A DNA stretch of 64,000 nucleotides from the human T2T-CHM13v2.0 reference genome, Homo sapiens (GCF_009914755.1 NC_060927.1); one strand, 5' to 3'. Shown: positions 30,389 to 44,055, counted from the first letter of the stretch. Program-made: numbers and translations. Notes: generated by a model from the letters alone, not told the origin.

Positions 30389-30588
30389 TTTAAACATCCT
30401 GAAGTCTTTGAATTAAAGCAACAGGGCACAATTTCAGGAGCCATTGCTTTCTTCTAGGAAATACCTCACTATTAGAGCTCTCTTTGGAGATGAGAAGATT
30501 TTTCTCAACTTTATTATGAATTCCATTGTGTATGTGTGAGCACGTTTCTGAATATTTTACATATTATAACTGTATGTTTGAAAATAGA

Positions 30589-30590
<2 letters not shown>

Positions 30591-30637
<47 letters not shown>
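30591..30637. repeat. (AT)n microsatellite
   Basis: Perfect run. Confidence 0.98.
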
Positions 30638-30642
<5 letters not shown>

Positions 30643-31489
30643 TTTTTCCTTTGCAGTTTTACGTGCCTTACATCACGGGAGCTGGAAGGGGTAGAGAATA
30701 GGAATAATTTTAAAGCATATTTATTTATGTTCTTCATGGTTAAAGAAAACTATGCCAACATTCTTCTGGCCCACATATTCAATTAAATACATAGTGAATC
30801 TTTTCTACTTACTGGATTATTTGGTGCTTCCAAGCATTTATTTTTGGCATTTCATTTCGTTTTTGTTTTTGCAGGAATTTTTGAAGTTTTATTATGATTT
30901 AACATTTTTATTTTGAAAATCGAGCACATTTTAAAAATTACTCTGCTGTAGCTGTAGTCTGCCCCCAAAAACAGATACTTCAAAATTCACCTATTTTGAA
31001 AATAAAAATGCAGGTATAGAAATTTACATATACAGATTACTTATTTATCTATGATTTGTTATGTGTATATAAATCTATTTATACAATCATCTATAAATAC
31101 AGATATGCAAATATGTTATTTTTTGAGACTTAAATGTCTGTAGCAATCCTTTTTTTATGTGGTATTTTTCCATTAGTCATTTTCTAAGCCTCTTCAACAT
31201 GTAAAGCTCTGTGAGGTTAATGGGGGGAGAGTGGTGTCCTAGGATGATGAATAGTGTGTCTCTCCCTGTCCCCCAGTCTGGTAGAGAAGCTGTGCACAAT
31301 AGATTAGACCAAATAGATTTCTACATTTTCAATCAGAATTAGCTGTGGCCAGGAGATAAGAACAGACAAGGTGCACCCCTGTGTGTCTGCCTTCTCTCTT
31401 GGAGCAGGCCCTCCACTTCCCCTTTTGTTTAAGTTCAGATAACATGTTACATTGTTTATGTCACTATTCTTCATGACCAATTGTCACAA

Positions 31490-32222
31490 AACTTTTCCTC
31501 TATGTTACTTCTTTTAGAAGTTTTAGTTTCAGGCCTTTCTCATCTTTAAATCATTAACCCAGTTTTAGTTAATGATGTCAGATAAGGGTCCAATATCATT
31601 CTTTTGTATGTGTATTTCTAGTTTCCCTAACATCATCTATTGAAGAAATTTTCTTTACCTATCATCTATTCTTTGCCCCCTCATCAAAAATCAATTGACT
31701 GTATACACGTGGATATATTTCCGGGCTCTCTGTTCTGTTCTGTTGGTCTGTATATCTTGTTTTTCATGCCAGTACCATACTGTTTTGATTACTATAGCTT
31801 TGTAATATATTTTGAAATTAGGAATTGTAATGCCTCCGGCTTTGTTCTTGGCTTCAAGATTGATAAGGCTTTTTGTGGTCTTTTGTGGTTCCATGTGAGT
31901 TTTAGAATTGTTTTTTCTATGTATGTAAAACTTCATTTTGGTATTTAGATAGGGATCTCACTGCATCTATAGATAACTTTGGGTAGGATATACATTCTAA
32001 CAATATCAAGTCTTTCAACCTATGAACACAGATGTTTATCCGTTTGTTTGTGTCTTGTATAATTTCTTTCACCGATGTTTAATAGTTTTCAGTATATAAT
32101 CTTTCTCCTCCTTAGATAACTTTTTTCCAAGTTTTTTATGCTACTGTAAGTAGAATTTTTTCCTTTCTTTCCTTTTCTGCTATTCGTCGGCAGTGCACAG
32201 ATATACAACTGATTTTTGTGTT
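31490..32222 (-). mobile_element. Old L1M ORF2 fragment
   Basis: - strand ORF 31691..31936 contains [27 protein letters not shown], homologous to L1 ORF2p. Confidence 0.92.
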
Positions 32223-32385
32223 CATCTGTGAACACTTTGAAGGCAAGATTATGCCTTATTTGTGTTCTACATAGTAATAAATAATAATTAGCAGTTATTA
32301 ATATTTTTCATTTATTCATTTTTATTGAGTTTCGTTGGCAGTAATTTTTGCTTTCTTTCTTTCTTTTTTTTCCTATTCTTTTTAG

Positions 32386-33069
32386 AGCTCCACTGGTTCA
32401 ACAGCCTCTCCTCCAGTTTCGACCCCAGTCACAGGACACAAGAGAATGGTCATCCCGAACCAACCCCCTCTAACAGCAACCAAGAAGTCTACATTGAAAC
32501 CACAGCCTGCACCCCAGGCTGGACCCATCCCTGTGGCTCCAATCGGAACACTCAAACCCCAGCCTCAGCCAGTCCCAGCCTCCTACACCACGGCCTCCAC
32601 TTCTTCAAGGCCTACCTTTAATGTGCAGGTGAAGTCAGCCCAGCCCAGCCCTCATTATATGGCTGCCCCTTCATCAGGACAAATTTATGGCTCAGGGCCC
32701 CAGGGCTATAACACTCAGCCAGTTCCTGTCTCTGGGCAGTGTCCACCTCCTTCAACACGGGGAGGCATGGATTATGCCTACATTCCACCACCAGGACTTC
32801 AGCCGGAGCCTGGGTATGGGTATGCCCCCAACCAGGGACGCTATTATGAAGGCTACTATGCAGCAGGGCCAGGCTATGGGGGCAGAAATGACTCTGATCC
32901 TACCTATGGTCAACAAGGTCACCCAAATACCTGGAAACGGGAACCAGGGTACACTCCTCCTGGAGCAGGGAACCAGAACCCTCCTGGGATGTATCCAGTC
33001 ACTGGTCCCAAGAAGACCTATATCACAGATCCTGTTTCAGCCCCCTGTGCGCCACCATTGCAGCCAAAG
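32386..33069 (+). CDS. LPP: Internal coding exon of LPP, 684 nt / 228 codons, phase 0-0, proline-rich pre-LIM region
   Basis: Long polypyrimidine tract ending TTTAG (32385), then AGC TCC ACT...; donor AAG|GTAAGA at 33069/33070. Translation SSTGSTASPPVSTPVTGHKRMVIPNQPPLTATKK...TDPVSAPCAPPLQPK matches the human LPP protein as I recall it. The ORF-track entry 32446..33090 is this exon plus intron read-through. Confidence 0.96.
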
Positions 33070-36000
33070 GTAAGAAACTCAGTAACATAAGGAGGAGAAT
33101 ACAGGGGTGCCTATCTTAGTCTGCCTTCCCCAGGAAGCGAAGCCTAAGGCAAAAGTGTGTGTGTTACTTTTATTTCACTGACAAATACAATCCCAGGGAA
33201 GGATGAGTGAAGCCAGAGAGGAGAGAGAGACTACTTAGTATGTTACTAATATGGCCACTGTTTAGTATCAAATGGAATTGCTTGCTCAATCTCAGAGAAT
33301 CATCTTCCAAAGCCCACAGACACCATAGCATCTGAGGACAAAGTGTTCTGATGGAGAAAGAGAAAATAATTTATTTTTCACATCCTTCCCTATATTGGTT
33401 AAAGCTTCCCTCTGTTGTGCAGAAACTTCCTCTACACCTTGCATTTGCTTGGACATTAAACAGGTCTGTAGTATCTCAAGCCTCAGCAAGGGTAGTGATC
33501 TATGGGTGAGACATGTGGAGGGCAAAACTGAGTGAACTGCTGTCAGGCTGTGGCCCTGTGAAGGCGATTATAACTCCCGCAATGTTGGTACCACAGCGGT
33601 TGCTGGGCCAGAACAAGTGGCCAAGGACCCAGGAAATGGGTGAGGCCAAGCAGGTCTAAGATAATGCAAATGCCTTGGACAGTTTCTCCTTTGAGAAGGG
33701 GCTGCAGTATAATGCAGCTTGTTTGTGACCCCTTGTTTATTCATTTTACTAATCCTCCAGAAAGAATCTTATTCTTCAGCCTTTAGCACTATTAAGCAAT
33801 GTTTAAAAACTCCTTATGAGTGACAGTTACTTCTTATTTGATTTAATTGTCCATATGTGGACCTTTTAAGTTAACACTCTCTGTTACTTCGTCTGAATAG
33901 GTAAGGTATAATACTACACATGCCCACTCACCACAACTTGGATTTTTCATTAGTACTGGAACCAACACGATGTTGATTCCTCCCATTATGACTAGAGGAA
34001 CCAATAAGAATAACTTGGAATCGGTGAAAATAGAGGAACTGAGCCAGTTTCCAGCCACTTGGGTTGGAAGAGTGCCCTTGCTTCTTTTCAGTTAGAACTG
34101 TGAGAAATCAGAAATTTGAGAGCCCTCAATTAGCTAGAAGTTCAATGGTAGTTTTGGGGGATGGATTGGGTAGAAGTTTGGACTGTATTCTTAAAAATTC
34201 TTTCCACATTTTTACAAGATTGTCCATTTCAAGACAGATCTATTCACATATTCAACATTGTATCAAAAATTTCCTTATAGGGTATTTACTAAACTGTTTT
34301 TCTTATATGAAAGCGTCTGCCATATTAATGGTGTCCTATGTGAATTTCACGTTCTATAGGGGAATAGAGCTCTTCCTGACAGTGGGGACTGTGAAGAGCT
34401 GGAGAAATCCTATAGCCTTATGTGTGACCACTATATGAAATTGGCCAGCCATGATCCCTTTCCGATAGATAGATTCCAAATTAGAATTTTAAATGATTTT
34501 AAACATGACTCAGTTTCTTAAGTCTCTCTATGAAAAGAAATGTTATTACAGTTTTTTATTTCTTTTTAAAATGAATTTGTCCATAATAGCCAATCTGGAC
34601 AGCCTTGCTCTTTGTTAATGTCGCAGTATATTTGCACCAGTGCCTCCTGGCCCAGTCAAGGGGAGTCTATTTTCAAAACAACCAGTTCAGAGAAACAGAT
34701 TATTCAACTTAACCACAGTTTTTGTTTTCAACAATTGCAACAGATTTACCCAGGGAAGATTACAGTAAAATAAAATTTTAGGTCAGAACAACTGCTGTCA
34801 AGGTTTAAGTTCAACTAGACAGACAATTTAGCCCTGCCCAAAACAGGGTGACTGAAAGGATGGCTGAGTGATGTTCCTGAAGGAATGACATGGTGTCTGC
34901 CTTGTTGGAGGATTGTGTTATCCCACATAGGAACCAGACATGAGAGAAAGCAAAACTATGTGTCTTGATGAGACTCACCTGGTGAGAGGTACTGAGCTAG
35001 TCTTCAGATGTTGTTTTCTCACTAAGTCACTGGGCACTCTGGCCAGCCTCTCTTCAGCATTTGGAACCCATCCATTGGTGTAGGAAAAAGAATCAGCCCC
35101 CACTGCTAGAACTGGATCTAAAGTGCTGGGTCCAGCCACATCCCTAACATTTGGCCTGTCCTCACCAACTGACACAGGGAGATGGAATGAATTTTTATAA
35201 ACCACTCATCAGAAAACATGGAACTTTATTTTACTTCTTATTTGAGCAAGGTGGTTATTCAAGATGATCTATTAGATGATTACAGATTTTGGATGTCAGT
35301 AGATTTCATGTTATTTTTAAAATTTTTGATATATTTGTTTTTCAACAGTTTCATGTGTTTTCACATCATATTCGGCTGTGCATTGAAAAAATGAAAATCA
35401 AACCATGTACTTTTCACTCTGATTATTAAGAGTGGTTAGAGGTTGATATTTAGCCATCTGTCCTGTCTGTGCTTTGGGAAAGGGGGAAGAGGCTGATGAA
35501 GTTATGGATAAATTCTGGGCGCGTTGTGAGGGCATTGGCTGATGAAAGGGTGGGTTCCTTCACAGTTGGCCTTTGAGCAAAACACTACTGTATTCTACTG
35601 CACCTGTGCACAGAGGACCTTATTGTCCTTATATTGACTGTTTGGCTTAATTATGTGACTACGGGCATGAGAAATGAGCTCCGAATTCTTATCCCAGTTC
35701 TTTCCTTGACATTCCTCTTCCAGTTTGAGGAAAACCTCTAGACCTCTTTATGTCATGCTTCAAACCTCAGTAAAGTAGAACACCATCTTTACTAATTAAT
35801 TAATGATTGCAAAAGGCTTGGAAATTTCCAAAGGCTGAATAATTGCCAAGTGAAGACTATTCAGCTTTCCACTCGCTTTCATTTATTTTTAATTTTTTTT
35901 AGTCACTGATGGAAAACTTACCCTCATGTCTGAAAACAATTATACTTTATTACATTGAGTGCTTCTGGGGAGTTTGGCATTTAACCCATTAAGGAAAAAG

Positions 36001-36467
36001 TTTAAAAGATGAAATAAATAAATCTCCCTTATATTTGAGATGAGCTGCTTTAGTTTTCCTATATCAGGATAGTATAAAAAGAGGAATATGATATAGTAAA
36101 AAAGAGGAGAGACAGGATGGGGAAAAGGAGAAAGGAAAGAAAAAATGAAAAGGAAAAAATGAAGAAAGGAAAGAGGCAGAATGAGAACCTGCAAGGCTTA
36201 GGGGATCATGATTATGTTTATGTTCCCATAATGTGCTAAGCAGTGAATTTGCATGCTACAGTGGGCCATACTGTATTTCCTATACCATCTGAGCAGAGTT
36301 CCTTGAAAAATAGTGTTATAAATAAGTCTTTATAAGGTAGAAATGTTCTCTTCTCACTGGAAATCCTCTTAAAGATGCAGTGGAATCTCTTCTCTTTGCT
36401 GATTTATAAAAGCTAATGTCAGCTACATCTTGCCATGTAGTTCACAGAACTCGTGTCCTGTGCATTT

Positions 36468-36557
36468 TATATATCTATATCTATACCTATATCTATATCT
36501 ATATCTATATCTATATCTATATCTATATCTATATCTATATCTATATCTATATATATC
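36468..36557. repeat. (TATATC)n hexanucleotide repeat
   Basis: About 14 near-perfect units. Confidence 0.97.
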
Positions 36558-37057
36558 GCTGTGAGTTGGGAGCCACGTTTTCTCCAGTATTTAGATAAGG
36601 TGGCTCAGCTTGAAAGTTCCAGTGCTAGGACCTGGAAGCTAGTCACAACTCTCAAGTCTAAAGTGACCAGGCAACTTTAGCCTCCAATTATCATAAAAAC
36701 TCATCTCCGTCAGCCTCAGCTATTAAAGGGACAGGTATTTGCTACATAATGTGTAGAAGTGCTGGGGCTGTGCATTCCAGGGAAGTTGGAGAATCTTGTC
36801 CCAATTAGTGTAGAGGTTATGTTAAATTCTGAAACCATCTACTATTAAAATTTTCTTGGAAAATATTTCAGGAAGATGAGACCTTGGAGGTCAACTAACC
36901 ATCTTTCAGTAAATCTAAAAGTTTTTCTTTTCCAGAATTAGAACAGATTGTTGCTTTTCATTTGGATTTCGAGTTTGGGGCATATTTTATGGGTCAGAGA
37001 AGAGTGTAGAGGTAATGAACTGTTGTGGTCAGTGTTGAAGGACTTTAAGATCTGTAA

Positions 37058-37466
<409 letters not shown>

Positions 37467-37694
37467 TATTTTAATTTTTGAAAAGAGAAAGTTATATACA
37501 TTGATTGCACTCTAAAGAATTGTTGGCATTTGGAGAGAGTTATCCGTATGGTAATCCCTGTGTTAATTATGTCTCAATTCTAGGATCAGAGAAACAAAAT
37601 GGAAGAGATGATTAGGGTGGGCAGAGGAATGAATGCAGATAGATCCCTCAAGTCAGTAGCTAACACTAGAATACATGTGAAGATGAGAATGGTA

Positions 37695-37925
37695 GATATT
37701 GCTTGAGGCCAGTGACTGTAATATTAGTAATTCCTCTTTGTACAGACTTTTTAGTTTCCAAAGCACTTTGTGGAGCTCACAAAATCCATGATCATTAAGC
37801 CCAAGTAGAGGTCTTTGTCTTTCTTTTTCTGATGAGGGTTCAAAAGCCCAGTGATGAGAGCCACTCACTTAACGTCATATGTCAAATTCATCGGACAGCC
37901 ACAGCTCCAAGTCAGGTCTTCTAAA
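37695..37925 (-). mobile_element. MIR
   Basis: TAGTTTCCAAAGCACTTT...TCTGATGAGG...CTTAACGTCATATG. Confidence 0.55.
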
Positions 37926-38169
37926 GATTGTTCCCATGCTTTGACCGTGGCAAGTGACTGAATGTTGGCATGCTTTGGATGGCAGGAGCTCCTCATCAGC
38001 GCCAGTGTACATGGCTCCACTGTGACCCATGTTACCTGCAGAGATTAAAGTGGGCTTAGGCAGTCACCATGGCCTTTGGATAAAATCAGCGGTTGGAGGG
38101 GAAGCACCCATTAAATCCCTGCCTGGCACCCAGGCCTGGTGCCTTAGAGCTATACTTCCCCATCCCCAT

Positions 38170-38830
38170 CAGTCACATAAAATTTGTCCCGAGGTTCTTT
38201 CTACCTTCACTAAGTACTTAATATGGAGTTCAGTCATCCCCATTTCTCACTTGAACCATTGAAATGGCCTCTTACTTAGGGTTTCCTCTGGCAGTCATCT
38301 CTGTACCCATACATCCTACATGTAATACCAGATTAATCTTTCTATGGTACCTTATCATTAATTGCCTTTTGCAAAAACCTTAATAAGTTCCCAACCAGTT
38401 GCAGAATACATTGAAATCCCAAACTGGATTTCTAGTTTTATCTCTCCCCAGTATCCTGGATTCCAGCTGATATGTTACATTTTTAGTTAATTCTCACCTC
38501 TATGGCTTTGCTCACCAAGTTCCTTCTTCCCAGTCCTTCCCCAAATAAAATCTACACATCTAAAAGTGACCCATTAAGATCCAGCTACAGTGTTAATTTC
38601 TCCCATAAGGTTTTCTCCTCTTCCTAAAAGCTAGTTGTGTGTTATTTCACCCTCTCTTTTAGATGTTTTCACTCTTTTACTGTACTGGAGTCATTTGTGT
38701 TCCTGTCTTCTATCAACCTATATCCAAGCATATATTAGACTAAGTTTTAGGAGAATATCCTATGTTTCTAGAAACATATGTATGTAGTAACTATATGCTT
38801 AGTTATTTAGCAGAGGTTTATTGAACATTG
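38170..38830 (+). mobile_element. L2 fragment
   Basis: CATTTCTCACTTGAACCATTG, CCAGATTAATCTTTCTA, GGCTTTGCTCACCAAGTTCCTTC. Confidence 0.6.
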
Positions 38831-38973
38831 TGTTCACTTTGAAGAATTTTGGTAGACACTCTGTAGGGCCCTATTAGTGTTTAAGACATTGTACAGCTCA
38901 GGTGCATTTTCCTTTAAGGATGCATTTAACCTGCTAGATGTCATCTCATTTTTAAGACCAGAGAAAAAGAGAG

Positions 38974-39820
38974 CAGCATCTGTTGTTTCTTGACTTTTTA
39001 ATAATAGCCATTCTGACTGGTGTGAGAGATGGTATCTCATTGTTGTTTTGATTTGCATTCCTCTAATGATCAGTGATGTTGAACTTTTTTTCATATGTTT
39101 GTTGACCGCATAAATGTCTTATTTTGGGAGGTGGCTGCTCATACCCTTTGTCCACTTTTTGATGAGGTTGTTTGTTTTTCTCTTGTAAATTTGTTTAAGT
39201 TCCTTGTATATTCTCGATATTAGACCTGTGTCAGATGGGTAGATTGCAAAAATTTTCTCCCATTCTGTAGGTTGCCTATTCACTCTGATGATAGTTTCTT
39301 TTGCAAAAGCTCTTTAGTTTAGTTACATCCCATTTGTCAATTTTGGCTTTTGTTGCAATTGCTTTTGGCGTTTTCATCATGAAGCCGTTGCCCATGCCTG
39401 TGTCCTGAATGGTACTGCCTAGGTTTTCTCCTAGGGTTTTTATGCTTGCTTTTGGGTTTTACATTTAAGTATTTAATCCATCTTGAGTTAATTTTTGTAT
39501 AAGGTGTAAGGAAGTAGTCCAGTTTTAGTTTTCTGCATACAGCTAGCCAGTTTTTCTAGCACCATTTATTGAGTAGGAAATCCTTTCCCCATTGCTTGTT
39601 TTTGTCAGGTTTGTCGAAGATCAGATGGTTGTAGATGTGTGGTGTAATTTCTGAGGTCTCTGTTCTGTTTCATTGGTCTATATGTCTGTTTCAGTACCAG
39701 TACCATGTTGTTTTGGTTACTGTAGCCTTGTAGTATAGTTTGAAGTCAGGTAGCATGATGCCTCCAGCTTTGTTCTTTTTGCTTGGGATTGCCTTGTCTG
39801 TACAGGCTCTTTTTCATTTC
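38974..39820 (-). mobile_element. L1 ORF2 segment (older L1PA/L1PB-like), no 3'UTR or poly(A)
   Basis: ORF 38834..39094 [23 protein letters not shown]; TAGTTTGAAGTCAGGTAGCATGATGCCTCCAGCTTTGTTC. Confidence 0.92.
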
Positions 39821-39825
39821 TATGG

Positions 39826-40260
39826 GTTTTTTTCATTTCCGTATACGTTTTAGCATCAGTTTGTTGTTGTCCACAAAATAGGCTGCTATGATTTGGAGAT
39901 TACCTTGAATCTTTAGATCAATTTGAAAAGAGCCGATACGTTAACAATACTGGGTTTTTCAATCCATGAAGATGGCCTATCTCTTAATTTATGTATGTCT
40001 TCTCTAATTTCTCTCATCTACATATCATAGTTTTGCATATATTTTGGTAAACTTGTCCTTAAGCACTTCAAATATTGGATGCTATTGTAAATGGTATTTT
40101 AAAATTTGTTTATAATCATTTGTTATTAGCATATAGAAATAGCAATAGATTTTTATATACTCCCTTTGTATCCTATAACTTGTTAAATGTAATAGTTGTA
40201 CTAGCTTCTTTAATAAGACTTCTTAGGCAATTCTACCTGATCATTTTATCTGAAAATTGT
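39826..40260 (-). mobile_element. More diverged L1M ORF2 segment, colinear with the previous one
   Basis: TTGAATCTTTAGATCAATTTG, CAATCCATGAAGATGG, GATGCTATTGTAAATGGTATTTT. Confidence 0.8.
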
Positions 40261-40444
40261 TGATGCAATTGTTTATTTCCTTTATGGATAAGCCTATTCA
40301 TCAACATTTTATGTTTGAAAGATTTGCTTGCTGATTGAAAAAGAAACAGCGTGATACAACTTTAAAGGAAATAAGTTGGAAAAAATAAGAACCTTTCCTC
40401 TCCACTTCCATAGGCTAGCCTACGTAAACCATCAGACATAGAAG

Positions 40445-40595
40445 CGATTTTCAGAATCATAAGTCTTAACCCCTTACATTTACAGATGAGAAAACTGAGG
40501 CCTGAAGAGTTACAGTGACTTTCAGAGTTATGTGGTTAGTAAATGACCTCATGTGAATGCAAAATGTAACTCTTCTATTCTGCAGTTCTTCTCTG
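40445..40595 (-). mobile_element. MIR
   Basis: CATTTACAGATGAGAAAACTGAGGCCTGAAGAGTTACAGTGACTT. Confidence 0.88.
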
Positions 40596-42251
40596 TATTG
40601 GTTAAGGATAGTTCAAGACAGAGGAGGTCAGAAGTAAGTGACCTTTAAAAGGTGTAATAATAACTATTGTCAGGATGATCTTATTTCCTATCTTTAGAAC
40701 CCCATCATCAGTTTTGTAAGGCCACTGAATAATAGAAAATGGTTCCGATTCTGGTGCTCCCTATTCTGTCTCACAGCTGCTCCTGTGAAAACACTCGTTC
40801 ATGGGCTCTGTGTAATTTTGACTCAGTCCATAATCTCTCTATCCTGATTTTAAAAGTTATCATCAGAATGGATGTGCTGGTATACTAAGAAATGTCTGTG
40901 AATATTATTTATTTATTTTACTTATCTAATCATTTTCATAGATTTGGTTGTTTAAAAATACCCCAGGTCTCAAATCCCTTTGGAAAGTTCAGCAAATCAT
41001 TTTAACAGGTAATTCTGGCAATATGTAATTCTTTGTGTTTACAGAGTGAGAGAAATTCTATTTATCAGTGTTTTTTCTTTGTTTTGTTTTACTTCAGTTC
41101 TAAGCAAAGCAGTTATTTTGCTTATTGACATATTGATATATTCCTTTGGGAATCTCATTTCTTTCTTGGCCAGCTACAAACACTCATACTGTCCAATTTC
41201 AACAAGAGACTATGGTTATTCTCTTCTTCACCAAACAAAGAAATTTGAACCATTATTGATAAATAATTTCTGGTGAATATTAAAGCTTTGAAATGTTTTG
41301 CACACACAGTGTTAGGAAGTGTCTTAGAGTGAAAGACACTATTTTTACTACTATAGTATCAAAAGTGCCATTGTCCCACATACAAAGATTTACTTGTTAC
41401 CTTAGTTCTTTGATTTTTCTGGAGTACAGCAACCCCAACTTTTAGAAGTACTCTTAACAAATGATACAGTGTTTGATCTGTTTCATCTTTGGACTTCAGA
41501 GAATGATCTTCAAATAATACAGTTTGGTTTATTTCAGAAGGTTGCTTCCTTAAAACAAAATTTTGAAAATATGAGATAATAACATTTAACTTCTTTTTCA
41601 ATCACTTATAAAATTTACGAAACACTCTCATATAAGAAAAACTCTGTAAGTTGTTCAGAGGCAACTTCTTTAGTATCCTACCAATACTGAATACCTAAGG
41701 GAGGGTAAGAACTGACGTCGCCTCACTGCCAGCCCAGTGTTCTTTCCACTCTGTGAAACTTGCCTCCATTTGTAGCTGTCTGTGTTTGTATATATTAGCT
41801 CTATTTTGTGTAGAGTTGTCCAAACATAAAATATTCCTTTGGCGCAGAGTTTAGAGACTAAAACTTCTGAGTAGTATTTCCGGGACATAACATATATTTA
41901 ACATTATTTGAAACCCAAGATTCAGTCAACATTGCTATTAAGAGTTAAGGAGCTGAAACTGTGCATACCCTAAGTCTGAATTCAAGGTAAGAGGTCCCTT
42001 GTTATTCAGTCTTTATAAGTGTTTGGTATATTTATGCCTCCTCAAATATGACACCATCTTTTTTTAAATTCACATTTAAAGATGATTGTAAAACAAGAAG
42101 GATAAGGTGTAAGTGTGGTAGTTGTTTTATTTATGGATTTATCAGTTAGCTGTTACTTATTTTTTGTGGTTCATAATGCAATTTTAACATAAGTCTGAAT
42201 AAGTTTACTATAGATGATATTAGTAGGTTTTACCAGAGGAAACCATGCTTT

Positions 42252-42560
<309 letters not shown>

Positions 42561-42721
42561 AGAAACCATGCTTTATAATCCTGCTACCCACCCCATCCAA
42601 AGCACACAAAATATTAGTTAAGTAAGCTACTAGAAGACAACTGAGGCTGGTGGTCTCTGCAGGGGCAGAAAAATGGGAACTGGAGAGGAGTTCAGGAAGG
42701 CAGCCCAGAGAATACGAAGCA

Positions 42722-42943
42722 GGACCCAGCACACAACAGCCTGTGGGCCACATGTCACTTGCCACCTGATTTTGTAAATAATGTTTGCTTGAAATACAGC
42801 CATACTCGCTTCATTCCATATTATCAATGGCTGCTCTCACACTATAACAGCAGAGCTGAGAAGATGCAACAGAGACCGTATGGCCTACAGATATTAAAAC
42901 ATTTTCTGTATATCATTTTACAGAAAAACATTGTTGACTGCTG
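42722..42943. mobile_element. MER58A-like hAT-Charlie MITE
   Basis: CAGCCTGTGGGCCA...TTTTGTAAATAA...GGCTGCTCTCACACTATAACAGCAGAGCTGAG...TTTACAGAAAAA. Confidence 0.85.
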
Positions 42944-43341
42944 GTCAAAAATATGGGAAGAACGTCATGAAATTTAGATTCTTATTAAAAGTTCTTGAAC
43001 ATCCCTGAACTATTTAATATTATTTCTTGTCCAGCAGATCCTGAATCTTAAATTAGAAGTTGTGACAGTAAGTGGAAATTTTCAGGGAAGGAAGAACAGA
43101 ATATCAAAATCAAAAATTAACATGCTATGTGCAGAGTAGGTTCTATATCCCTCCTTTTTTTCCCACCCTGGTAAACTCTTATTTAAACTTCAAGATCTGT
43201 CTCTAATATTAACTTCTTGGAGAAGTTTGACCATTCTTCCAGTTCCCACATATTATTAGCTTATCTTTCCTCTGATTTTTTCTCATAGCATTTTTTCATT
43301 CATTTACTAAAATATGCACTAAAATATGCACCTCATTCAGT

Positions 43342-44055
43342 ATTTTTATATAATAACATTTTAAGATAATTTGCATACAGTATAATTCGCCCATTTAAAT
43401 TAAATGGCGATTAAATTAATTTAATTTAACACAATTAAATTATTTTTAGTATATTCACAGTATATTTTACTGTATTCTTAAATATAGTATATGTGCAATC
43501 ATTATCACAATCAATTTCTTTACACCAGGAAGAAATCCTCTACCAATGAGCAGTGACTTTTCTTTTTCCCCAAACCCTCTAAGTCTAGGTAACCATGAAT
43601 TTAATATCTGTATCTACAGATTTAACAATTTTGGACATTTGGAATAATACTATATATAGTCTTTTGTTACTGGATTCTTAGTATAATATTTTCAATTTCC
43701 ATTCATGTTGTAGCATATGTGATTGCTGTATTCCTTTTTATTGCTGAATAATATTCCATTGTATGAATACATCACATTATATTTATATTTTCATCAATTG
43801 ATGAACATTTGAGGTTTTTCTATCTTTTGGCTATTATAAATAATGCTTCTATCAATATTTGAGTAGACATATGTTTTCAGTTTTCTTGGGTATACACCTA
43901 AAAGTGGGATTGCTGAGTCACATGGTAATTTAATGTTCAACATTTTGAGGAACTGCTGAAATGCTTTCCAATGGGGCTACCCCATTTTCCATTCCCACCA
44001 GCAGGGTATGAGGATCTCATTTTCTCTGCAACCTCCCACCGCATTTGATTTTATT
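43342..44055 (-). mobile_element. L1M (L1MB/ME-like) 3' end
   Basis: TTTTTATTGCTGAATAATATTCCATTGTATG, GGGATTGCTGAGTCACATGGTAA, TTCCCACCAGCAG. Confidence 0.88.

Noticed and set aside
32446-33090. Stand-alone 214-aa gene
   Set aside because: It is bounded by strong splice sites and is the internal LPP exon; the frame is open 20 codons upstream of the ATG.
33389-33398. Consensus CArG box CCTATATTGG 320 bp downstream of the exon
   Set aside because: An isolated motif that is frequent by chance; needs ChIP or conservation evidence.
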